Source: a bacterium
GTDB taxonomy: Bacteria > Bacillota > Clostridia > Christensenellales > Aristaeellaceae
Direction of reading: 5' to 3'
Assembly (NCBI GenBank): GCA_963624325.1
Contig: CAVFPH010000028.1
Location: 1 to 23,770, forward strand
DNA: 23,770 nt
Shown: positions 16,697 through 23,770 of the stretch, in pieces
Position numbering within the stretch: position 1 is the stretch's first letter
Layout of the letters: each line of letters starts with the position of its first letter
Translations under genes and position numbers: made by a program
Notes under the pieces: model-generated
What the model was told of the DNA's origin: nothing
Database searches by the model: none
Seen by the model: only the letters and a program-made list of their open reading frames with translations

Positions 16697-16726
16697 ATTG
16701 TAGCCTATTTCAAACCCGTTTGTCAA
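16697..16726 (-). promoter_or_regulatory. Promoter of ftsH
   Basis: On the minus strand: TTGACA (rc of 16721-16726), an 18-nt spacer, then TACAAT (rc of 16697-16702). This leaves a leader of about 80-90 nt before the ATG at 16608. Confidence 0.65.
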
Positions 16727-16742
16727 GGCAGACGGAAAAAAG

Positions 16743-16771
16743 TTCACATCCGTGTCATAATATAGTATAAT
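16743..16771 (+). promoter_or_regulatory. Promoter of uvrC
   Basis: TTCACA (16743-16748), a 17-nt spacer, then TATAAT (16766-16771). It lies about 33 nt upstream of the ATG at 16804, and the SD is AAAGGAAG. Confidence 0.65.
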
Positions 16772-16803
16772 AATTTGAGCATTTATGGAAAGGAAGCCGC
16801 GCA

Positions 16804-18648
16804 ATGCTGAGTGAAAATCTGAAGACCAAGCTGGCCATGCTGCCCGACAGCCCGGGATGCTATCTGATGAAGCATCAGGGGGAAATTATCTATGTCGGCA
16901 AGGCCGTCAACCTGAAAAACCGCGTGCGCAGCTATTTCCATACCAAAGAGCACACCCCCAAAGTTGCCGCCATGGTAGCACAGGTGGACGACTTTGATAT
17001 TTTGCTGTGCAATACCAATCTGGAAGCATTGGCGCTGGAATGCAACCTGATCAAACTGCACAAGCCCCATTACAACATCCTTCTCAAGGATGACAAGCAT
17101 TATCCGTATGTTCGCATCGACCGCCGTGAGCCTTTTCCGCGCGTAACCATTGCCCGCCGCATGCAAAAAGACGGTGCCCAGTATTTTGGCCCGTATATCG
17201 GGGCGGCAGCCATACGCGATGCGCTGGAGGTGGTACGAAAGGTATTCCCGATCCGCACATGCGATAAAAAACTGCCCCTGAAAGTGCCGGCGCGCCCATG
17301 TGTCAACTATGAGATCGGCCGCTGCAAGGCGCCCTGCGCCCATCTGTGCACGCAGGAAGAATATGCGGAAATTATTGACGGCGTGATATCCTTCCTAAAC
17401 GGCAACAGCAAGGAAATATGCGATCGCCTGACCGCCGAAATGTGGGATGCCGCAAAGAAAATGGACTATGAGCTTGCCGCTCAGAAGCGTGATGCGCTGC
17501 GCGATGTGGAAGGGCTGATGGAGCGTCAGCGCGCCATTCAGACCAATGATGCCCAGCAGGATGTGCTGGCGTTGGCGCAGGATGGGCTGGATGCCATGGC
17601 GCAAGTGCTGATGATCCGCGGCGGCCGCATGATCGGCGGGGACAGCTTTGCGCTGCCGGGGGAGGGCAATGAGCCACCGCAAAGCGTGCTGACGGAGTTT
17701 GCCCTGCGGTATTATGCCGATCGCCTGCCTGCAAGGGAAATTTTGACCATGCCGCTTGAAGAACCGGATATCATCGCCCAGCTGCTGCGTGAGCGGCGCG
17801 GCGGCGCTGTAGAGGTGCTGACCCCGCAGCGCGGGGAAAAGCGCGCACTGGTGCTTATGGCTGAGCGCAATGCCGCCGATGCGCTGGAAAAGCGCAATGC
17901 GCAGCGTATGATTCGCCAGGAGCGCACGGTGGGTGCATGCCGGGCACTGGCGGATGCCATCGGTATGCAGGGGTATCCCAAACGCATTGAAGGCTTTGAT
18001 ATTTCAAATACGCAGGGCGTGCTGTCCGTTGCCTCCATGGTGGTGTTTATCGACGGTGAGCCCGCATATCGTGAATACCGTCACTACAGAATCAAAACCG
18101 TGGAAGGGGCAAACGATTTTGCCTCCATGAACGAGGTGCTTGGACGCCGTTTTGCGCGCACCTTGCGGGAGGATCCTGCAGAGCGCTGGGTGATGCCCGA
18201 TCTGGTTCTGATCGACGGCGGACCGGAACAGCTTCGCTTTGCGCGGGAAGCCATGCTGTCCATGGGGATCAATGTGCCTATGTTCGGCCTGGCCAAGCGG
18301 CTGGAGGAAATTTACCTGCCCAATCGGGATGACCCGGTCGTGCTGGATCATCATACCCCTGCACTGCACCTGATTCAGCGCATCCGCGATGAGGCACACC
18401 GATTTGCCATTACCTACCACCGCTCCTTGCGCGGAAAAGCGAGTGTCCATTCCTCTTTGGAGGATATTGACGGAATCGGCCCGGCGCGGCGGCGTGCGCT
18501 GCTGGCGCATTTCGGTTCCATCAAAAAGATGAAGGAAGCGGATACGGATGAGCTGTGTGCCGTCAAGGGCATGAACAAGACTGCCGCGGCTGCCGTCTAT
18601 GCCGCACTTCATCCTGTTATCCCCGAGAATGACGAAACAGAGGACTGA
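16804..18648 (+). CDS. uvrC: Excinuclease ABC subunit C (UvrC)
   Basis: The protein is 614 aa. The GIY-YIG N-terminus is PGCYLMKHQGEIIYVGKAVNLKNRVRSYF. The UVR domain is ELAAQKRDALRDV. The endonuclease V-like domain is IEGFDISNTQG, and a C-terminal (HhH)2 is present (IDGIGPARRRALLAHFGS). Confidence 0.97.
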   Translation: MLSENLKTKLAMLPDSPGCYLMKHQGEIIYVGKAVNLKNRVRSYFHTKEHTPKVAAMVAQVDDFDILLCNTNLEALALECNLIKLHKPHYNILLKDDKHYPYVRIDRREPFPRVTIARRMQKDGAQYFGPYIGAAAIRDALEVVRKVFPIRTCDKKLPLKVPARPCVNYEIGRCKAPCAHLCTQEEYAEIIDGVISFLNGNSKEICDRLTAEMWDAAKKMDYELAAQKRDALRDVEGLMERQRAIQTNDAQQDVLALAQDGLDAMAQVLMIRGGRMIGGDSFALPGEGNEPPQSVLTEFALRYYADRLPAREILTMPLEEPDIIAQLLRERRGGAVEVLTPQRGEKRALVLMAERNAADALEKRNAQRMIRQERTVGACRALADAIGMQGYPKRIEGFDISNTQGVLSVASMVVFIDGEPAYREYRHYRIKTVEGANDFASMNEVLGRRFARTLREDPAERWVMPDLVLIDGGPEQLRFAREAMLSMGINVPMFGLAKRLEEIYLPNRDDPVVLDHHTPALHLIQRIRDEAHRFAITYHRSLRGKASVHSSLEDIDGIGPARRRALLAHFGSIKKMKEADTDELCAVKGMNKTAAAAVYAALHPVIPENDETED

Positions 18649-18650
18649 AG

Positions 18651-18687
18651 AAAAGAGCGATGCGCTTTATACGGCATCGCTCTTTTT
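18651..18687. terminator. Bidirectional intrinsic terminator between uvrC and the SBP gene
   Basis: AAAAGAGCGATGC (18651-18663) and GCATCGCTCTTTT (18674-18686) form a perfect 13-bp stem with a 10-nt loop. A/T runs are present at both ends. Confidence 0.85.
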
Positions 18688-18700
18688 GATGGGTATTCCG

Positions 18701-20296
18701 TTATTTTTTGAATGTTTCAATGCCGCGCAGCACCTCGGGCTCCCGCACGTCGCGGGCATCGGTAAATACCTTGCGGGTCAGCACGGAGCCGTTGCGGTAA
18801 TAAAGGCATACAAAGGGGCAATCGTTCCAGAACAGCGTTTGAATGCTCTGCAGGGCGGCGGTGTAGCCGGTTTCATCCAGCGCTGCACGCAGGGTTTTGA
18901 ACAGGTTATCCATTTCGGTGGATTTGTAGCGCATGTAGTTGCAGTTGTTGCCTGAAATCAGCAGATAACCGGGATCGGGCGTGGAATCGATGTTGAAAGC
19001 GGCCAGACACAGGTCATAGCTGCCTGCCTTCAGCTTTTCTTTTGCTTCCTTGAAGGTGAGGGTTTCCACCTTGCACTCAATGCCTACCTGCAAAAGCGCA
19101 TCGGATATGCGATTGGCCACCTCCACGCGCACGGAGTTTTCCTGCTCCTCATACACATAAAAACGCAGATGCAGGCGGGCTACCTTGCCGGTATCGGAGC
19201 GCACCATGGTGCGGACACCGTCCTCATCAAAGCCTGTCCATCCTGCTTCGTCCAGCAGCTGCGCGGCTTTCTGCATGTTAAACTGCTGGGCATCATTCTC
19301 GCTCCAATACGTCCAGGTGCCGGGAATCAGCGGCGTATCCGTGCGGGTGACCATGCCGTAGTAGACGTTATCCACAATGTCGTCCAAATCCAGCATATAG
19401 CGGATGGCCTGACGCACGCGCACATCCCGCAGCTCAAAGGAGGCGTTGTTCATCATCAGCGTTTCCAGCTGCGTGGTGCGGAAATCGATGTTGTAGGATG
19501 TTGCGCCCGTTTTGTACTGGGCAGCCGTGATGGCGCGGGTCAAAATGGCATCCACATTGCTGTATTCGTAACCCGAAATCAGCTCTCGGTTGGTGCTGTA
19601 AAGGGATACCAGTATCTGTTGATAATCCGGCGTGTTTTGCCACCAGCCGCTGTAGCTACTCAGCAGCAGATAGGATGAAAAGTCGTACATATCCAGATAG
19701 TACGCGCCTGTACCTACCGGATTATCCGCCTGGACTTCATCTGCCTTGAGAATGGGAAAAGTCATTGCATACAGAAAGCCGTAGTTGGGACGATTGGTTG
19801 TGATAATAACGGTTTGATTGTCGTTTGCCTCAATGCTTTTGATAAAGTACTGAAGGGTGGCATAACGCCCCTTGTTGGTGCTGCTTTCATCAGCGGCAAG
19901 GCGCAGAATCTCCTGCACGGTGGCTACAACATCGTGCGCCGTCAGCGGTGTGCCATCGTGGAAAGTGACGTCATCCCGCAGGTAAAAGTACCATGTTTTT
20001 CCGTTGTTGGAATATTTGTATTCTTTTGCAAGACAGCACTGGGGTTTGTAATCGTCATCGATATACATAAGCCCCTCATATATCAGATCCGTTACGGACA
20101 TAAATTCCCGCTCAACCGGGGTCAAAGGGTTGACGCGCGTGGTGGCGACGGAGATAATGCCCAGATGCAGGGCATCATCGGTAACATACTGCGCCTGGGC
20201 GGGAACTGCAAGGCAGCATATCAGCACCAGGACGCATACCAGCGCCAGTTTAGTTTTCATCCGTGTAATAGTATTGATAATAGATGTCATAGGCAT
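18701..20296 (-). CDS. Extracellular solute-binding protein, family 5 (peptide/nickel, OppA/DppA/MppA-like), with no adjacent permease or ATPase genes
   Basis: The protein is 531 aa. The signal peptide is RMKTKLALVCVLVLICCLAVPAQA|Q. The region ...LIYEGLMYIDDDYKPQCCLAKEYKYSNNGKTWYFYLRDDVTFHDGTPLTAHDV is typical of the SBP_bac_5 N-terminal lobe. The ATG at 20296 is preceded by AAAGGTGATCA, a strong anti-SD match. An alternative ATG lies at 20260. Confidence 0.85.
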   Translation of the reverse strand: MPMTSIINTITRMKTKLALVCVLVLICCLAVPAQAQYVTDDALHLGIISVATTRVNPLTPVEREFMSVTDLIYEGLMYIDDDYKPQCCLAKEYKYSNNGKTWYFYLRDDVTFHDGTPLTAHDVVATVQEILRLAADESSTNKGRYATLQYFIKSIEANDNQTVIITTNRPNYGFLYAMTFPILKADEVQADNPVGTGAYYLDMYDFSSYLLLSSYSGWWQNTPDYQQILVSLYSTNRELISGYEYSNVDAILTRAITAAQYKTGATSYNIDFRTTQLETLMMNNASFELRDVRVRQAIRYMLDLDDIVDNVYYGMVTRTDTPLIPGTWTYWSENDAQQFNMQKAAQLLDEAGWTGFDEDGVRTMVRSDTGKVARLHLRFYVYEEQENSVRVEVANRISDALLQVGIECKVETLTFKEAKEKLKAGSYDLCLAAFNIDSTPDPGYLLISGNNCNYMRYKSTEMDNLFKTLRAALDETGYTAALQSIQTLFWNDCPFVCLYYRNGSVLTRKVFTDARDVREPEVLRGIETFKK

Positions 20297-20993
20297 TGAT
20301 CACCTTTCCGGCGTAGTAGCGGGTGTCCTCCATGGGGATTTCATCCAGCGTCAAAGTCTGACCGTCGGATGTATAGTTCATAATCCACAGCTTTACATTG
20401 TTGGGCCCGGCATGGTAGGCACAGGCAATCTTGATGGGATCCCCGTTGAACATGCGGCTGAGATACCCCAGATACCAGCAGCCGTAACGGATATTGATAG
20501 TGGGATCATACATGTCCGCAAAGGTGGTGCTTTCGTCTCCCAGCTTTTTGCGGACAAATTCAAAGGTGTTTTCCATCACCTGCATCAGCCCGCGCGCACC
20601 GACAGAACTGGTCGCGGAAGGGTCATAGCTGCTTTCACGCAGGATAATCGCCGCCACAAAGGCAGGATGAATATCGTTTTCGGCTGCGTATTTTTCAATG
20701 TCCTCCCGATAGGCCACGGTGTGGCGCTCCACCAGCTTTTGATATTCCTCGGCGGCATTTTCGCGCTCCTTGCGCAGGGTTTTCAGGTTGCCCTGCGCGA
20801 TGCCGAGTGCCAGAATGCAGATAATCAGCACCATGCCGAGCACAATGCACGTGCGAACCGGAAATTTTCCCTTTTCGCTGCCGGCAGTGCTCTTTTTTTC
20901 CTGCTTTGGCGCAGGTGCTGCCTGGTTGGCGGCATGGTGACGGTCACTGCGCCGATTGCGCGGTGCCGGGGCAGACGGTTGTACATTACTCAA
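20250..20993 (-). CDS. Membrane-anchored lytic transglycosylase (SLT domain)
   Basis: The protein has a basic, Pro/Ala-rich N-terminus, one TM (VRTCIVLGMVLIICILALGIA), a coiled segment, and then the SLT motifs ESSYDP...GARGLMQV...YGCWYL...AYHAGPNNV. The preferred start is the TTG at 20993, with AAGGAGA 7 nt upstream. It overlaps the coaE stop as TTGAGTAA. The track start at 21032 lacks an SD. Confidence 0.85.
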   Translation of the reverse strand: MSNVQPSAPAPRNRRSDRHHAANQAAPAPKQEKKSTAGSEKGKFPVRTCIVLGMVLIICILALGIAQGNLKTLRKERENAAEEYQKLVERHTVAYREDIEKYAAENDIHPAFVAAIILRESSYDPSATSSVGARGLMQVMENTFEFVRKKLGDESTTFADMYDPTINIRYGCWYLGYLSRMFNGDPIKIACAYHAGPNNVKLWIMNYTSDGQTLTLDEIPMEDTRYYAGKVINAYDIYYQYYYTDEN

Positions 20994-21594
20994 GGCAGTT
21001 TCTCCTTGTATTGCGCAGCAGCCCGCGTACACGGCGGTTGGTGCTGCGGTAATTCACCGAAGTGTCAATTACATGGTCGGCACGGCGGCGCTTTTCGGCA
21101 AGCGGCATCTGGCTTTGCACGCGCTGTGCAGCCTGCGTGCGGGAAAGCCCGTCCCGCCGCATTATGCGCCGTATCTGCATGCCCGGCGGTACGCTGACAC
21201 ACCATACCTCATTGCACTGTGCATCCATGCCCGTTTCATAGAGCAGCGGCACATCCCAGGCAACCAGCGCGGCATCGGAATCCTCAGTTTCACGCCGCAT
21301 GCGGCCGATGATCATGGGATGCAGGATTTCCTCCAGGCGCCTGCGTGCCGCCGCATCGGAAAACACCAGGTTTCCAAGCGCACGGCGGTTGAGCACATCC
21401 CCGTCAAACACCTGATCCCCGAAGGCTGCCCGAATGGCCGGCAGGGCTTCGCCGTGATCGGCCGTCAGACTGCGGGAAATGGCATCCGCATCCAGCACCG
21501 GAATGCCGCACTGACGGAGCAGCCGCGCCACATAGGATTTTCCGCAGGCAATGCCGCCTGTCAATCCCAGCACATAGGGCTTACTTGGTTTCAT
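20986..21594 (-). CDS. coaE: Dephospho-CoA kinase
   Basis: The protein is 202 aa. The P-loop is LGLTGGIACGKSYV, followed by VLDADAISR... and HPMI... The start overlaps the polA stop by 14 nt (ATGAAACCAAGTAA). polA-coaE linkage is classic in Firmicutes. Confidence 0.93.
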   Translation of the reverse strand: MKPSKPYVLGLTGGIACGKSYVARLLRQCGIPVLDADAISRSLTADHGEALPAIRAAFGDQVFDGDVLNRRALGNLVFSDAAARRRLEEILHPMIIGRMRRETEDSDAALVAWDVPLLYETGMDAQCNEVWCVSVPPGMQIRRIMRRDGLSRTQAAQRVQSQMPLAEKRRRADHVIDTSVNYRSTNRRVRGLLRNTRRNCLE

Positions 21595-23770
21595 ACCAGC
21601 TTCTCCCCGTTTTCACTTCCGCCACAAGGGGAACGGACAGCTCGGCTACCTGCTCCATGCAGGTGCGCAGCAGCTGCGCCACGCGTTCCGCCTCTTCCAG
21701 CGGCGCTTCTATCAGCAGCTCATCGTGTACCTGCAGGATCAATTTTGCCGCAAATCCGCCCTCTTGCAGGGCATCGTGCACCCGCACCATTGCCAGTTTG
21801 ATGATATCGGCAGCCGTTCCCTGCACGGGGGTATTCATGGCCGCGCGCTCGCCGAACTTGCGGATATTGGCATTGCCCGATTTCAGCTCATCCAATCGGC
21901 GCACGCGCCCAAACAGTGTGCGCGACATGCCCGTTTCGTAGCCTTCCTTCACGGCACGATCCATAAAGGTCCGCACGCCGGGATACGTGGCAAAGTAGCG
22001 TTCGATAAAAGCGGCTGCTTCCTTTCGGGACATGCCGGTATTGCGCGCCAGCCCGAAATCGCTGATGCCGTATACCAACCCGAAATTGACAGCCTTGGCG
22101 TGGGCACGCATGGTGGGGGTTACAGCCTCCAGCGGTACACCTGCTACCTCTGCCGCCGTGCGGGCGTGGATATCCTGCCCACGGCGGAAGGCGTCAATCA
22201 TGGCCGCATCGCCCGAAAAATGCGCCAGGATGCGCAGTTCAATCTGCGAATAATCGGCATCCACCAGCACGCATCCGGGGGATGCCACAAAGGCGCGGCG
22301 GATTTCACGCCCCAGCTCCGAGCGCACGGGGATGTTTTGCAGGTTGGGTTCGGCAGAGGAAATGCGCCCCGTTGCCGTGCCTGTCTGATCGAAAAAGGTA
22401 TGAATGCGCCCGTCAGGGCCGATTTTGCGAAGCAGCGCGTCAATGTAGGTGCTGCGCAGCTTGCTGACCTGGCGGTACTCCAGTATGCAGGGAATTACGG
22501 GATGCGCATCGCGCAGCGCCTCCAGCGTATCCGCATCGGTGGAGTAGCCTTTGCTGGTCTTGCGCCCGGCCTTCAGGCCAAGCTTGTCTTCGCCGAACAG
22601 CACTTCACCCAGCTGCTTGGGGCTGTTGATATTGAATTCGCCGACATCCGCAAGGCGGTAGATATCGCCCTTCAGCTGCTCTTCCCGCGCCGTCAGCTGC
22701 TTGCCAAGCGCAGACAGCACGCTCCCGTCCACGGCAAAGCCTTCCAGCTCCATGTCAAAGAGCACACGCATCAGCGGCAGTTCAATCTGATAATAAAGGT
22801 TTTCCACGCCCAGCTCGCGCATTTGCTTTTGCTGACGCGTACGCAGTGCCGCAACGCCCGAGGCATCGGCCTCCCCGAATGCGGACAGGCGATAGCTTTT
22901 TTCCTGCGGGTTGATTGCATAGGCGGCCAGCATGGTATCGTAGGCAATTTGGGGCAAGGGCCTGTCGGCGTTTTTCAGGGCGTGCAGCAGGTGCTTGCCG
23001 TCATGGGTAATGACCGAGCCGCGCCACAGGGCGTCGCAATCCGAAAGCGGGTCTCCTGCGGCATCTGCCATATCAAACAGCGCGGTCTGGCCGCCGATCT
23101 GCGCACGCAGACGCTTGGCACCTTGGCAAACCGAAAGCTCTTCTTCCCCCAGATAGACGGCGGCATCTCCCTGCGCAGCCATGCTTTCGGCCGCTGCACG
23201 GTCAAGCGCCTGCCAGGGATCAAAGGTTTGCTCCGCCTCTTCGGGCAGGCTGATTTCCGTCCCCTGCTCTTTTTCAATGCGCTGGGCAATGGCATTAAGG
23301 CCATATTTGTTCAATACGGGCAAGGCATTGGACAGATGCCTGATTTCGCAATCGTCAAACCGCACCTCCAGCGGAATATCACGGCGGATGGTGGCCAGGT
23401 GCTTTGAAAAACGCCCCTGATCCGCATTGGCGCGTACCTTTTCACCCAGTTTTCCCTTGATTTCATCGGCATGCGCCAGCACGCCTTCCAGCGTATCATA
23501 GCTGCCCAGCAGCTTGACGGCTGTTTTTTCGCCGACCCCCGGAATGCCGGGGATATTGTCCGAGCTGTCGCCCATCAGCCCCTTCAAGTCCGTCACCTGA
23601 TCGGGTCTTACGCCAAACAGCTCCTTCACCCGCGCGGGCGTGCACTCCTCTATTTCGGAAATGCCCTTTCGTGTCAGCAGCAGCGTTGCGTCATCACTGA
23701 CCAGCTGCAGGGCATCGCGATCCCCGGTCAGCAAAAGTGCCGCAATATCCCGCTGCGTGCACTGCAGGGA
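21581..23770 (-). CDS. polA: DNA polymerase I, with the 5' end beyond the right window edge
   Basis: The frame is open from the TAA at 21581 to base 23770. The track Met at 23734 is an internal TTG/Leu, and upstream the frame reads ...SLQCTQRDIAALL. The 5'-nuclease tail is LTGDRDALQL...GIPGVGEKTA. The polymerase motifs are DYSQIELRILAH, RRxAKAVNFGLVYG and QVHDELLIE. The central domain lacks an obvious DxE ExoI motif, which suggests a 3'-5' exo-dead enzyme of the Bst/Taq type. Confidence 0.96.
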   Translation of the reverse strand, partial: SLQCTQRDIAALLLTGDRDALQLVSDDATLLLTRKGISEIEECTPARVKELFGVRPDQVTDLKGLMGDSSDNIPGIPGVGEKTAVKLLGSYDTLEGVLAHADEIKGKLGEKVRANADQGRFSKHLATIRRDIPLEVRFDDCEIRHLSNALPVLNKYGLNAIAQRIEKEQGTEISLPEEAEQTFDPWQALDRAAAESMAAQGDAAVYLGEEELSVCQGAKRLRAQIGGQTALFDMADAAGDPLSDCDALWRGSVITHDGKHLLHALKNADRPLPQIAYDTMLAAYAINPQEKSYRLSAFGEADASGVAALRTRQQKQMRELGVENLYYQIELPLMRVLFDMELEGFAVDGSVLSALGKQLTAREEQLKGDIYRLADVGEFNINSPKQLGEVLFGEDKLGLKAGRKTSKGYSTDADTLEALRDAHPVIPCILEYRQVSKLRSTYIDALLRKIGPDGRIHTFFDQTGTATGRISSAEPNLQNIPVRSELGREIRRAFVASPGCVLVDADYSQIELRILAHFSGDAAMIDAFRRGQDIHARTAAEVAGVPLEAVTPTMRAHAKAVNFGLVYGISDFGLARNTGMSRKEAAAFIERYFATYPGVRTFMDRAVKEGYETGMSRTLFGRVRRLDELKSGNANIRKFGERAAMNTPVQGTAADIIKLAMVRVHDALQEGGFAAKLILQVHDELLIEAPLEEAERVAQLLRTCMEQVAELSVPLVAEVKTGRSWYETK

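Noticed and set aside
21725-23407. A 560-aa plus-strand ORF antisense to polA
   Set aside because: It is an in-phase antisense shadow of polA (21725 minus 21581 is divisible by 3), and its composition is typical of reverse-frame translation.
1-23770. A search for CRISPR repeats, tRNA/rRNA genes, IS/transposase or integrase genes, prophage blocks, toxin-antitoxin pairs and known defence-system hallmarks
   Set aside because: None were found. Intergenic regions are short and are accounted for by promoters and terminators, and every long ORF has a housekeeping or ordinary accessory assignment. I did not see evidence for the novel system suggested in the prompt.

Overview
This is a GC-rich chromosomal backbone segment from a Gram-positive, Clostridia-like organism. 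That placement is an inference from strong AGGAGG-type Shine-Dalgarno sites, rubrerythrin and overall gene content. I call 16 protein-coding genes, all apparently intact. From left to right they are: a partial CotH/lamin-tail-domain surface protein (absent from the supplied ORF track because it runs off the left edge; I hand-translated it); an MFS-type transporter; rubrerythrin; a stand-alone HMA metal-binding protein; a CI-like XRE/S24 regulator divergent from a YczE-like membrane protein; a type IIA topoisomerase B/A pair (parE-parC-like); a trio of a COG2509-type FAD protein, a D-cysteine desulfhydrase/ACC-deaminase-family enzyme and a GNAT; ftsH; uvrC; and an overlapping chain of polA, coaE, a lytic transglycosylase and a family-5 SBP, in which polA runs off the right edge. 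Near-consensus sigma-A promoters and three clean bidirectional hairpin terminators delimit the transcription units. I see no tRNA/rRNA, CRISPR array, transposase/integrase, prophage or recognisable defence or toxin-antitoxin module. This reads as an ordinary housekeeping region, and I do not find a convincing novel multi-gene system. Four things are most worth a second look: (1) the orphan, non-lipoprotein SBP translationally overlapped with a lytic transglycosylase at the end of the polA-coaE operon; (2) the CI-like regulator whose S24 catalytic Ser position reads Asp, plus a 12-bp palindrome over its neighbour's -10; (3) two TAAACGTTT(A/G) palindromes 21 bp apart in the ftsH leader; (4) the membrane-anchored triple-LTD CotH protein. 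All functional calls rest on motif recognition by eye. No database search was run.
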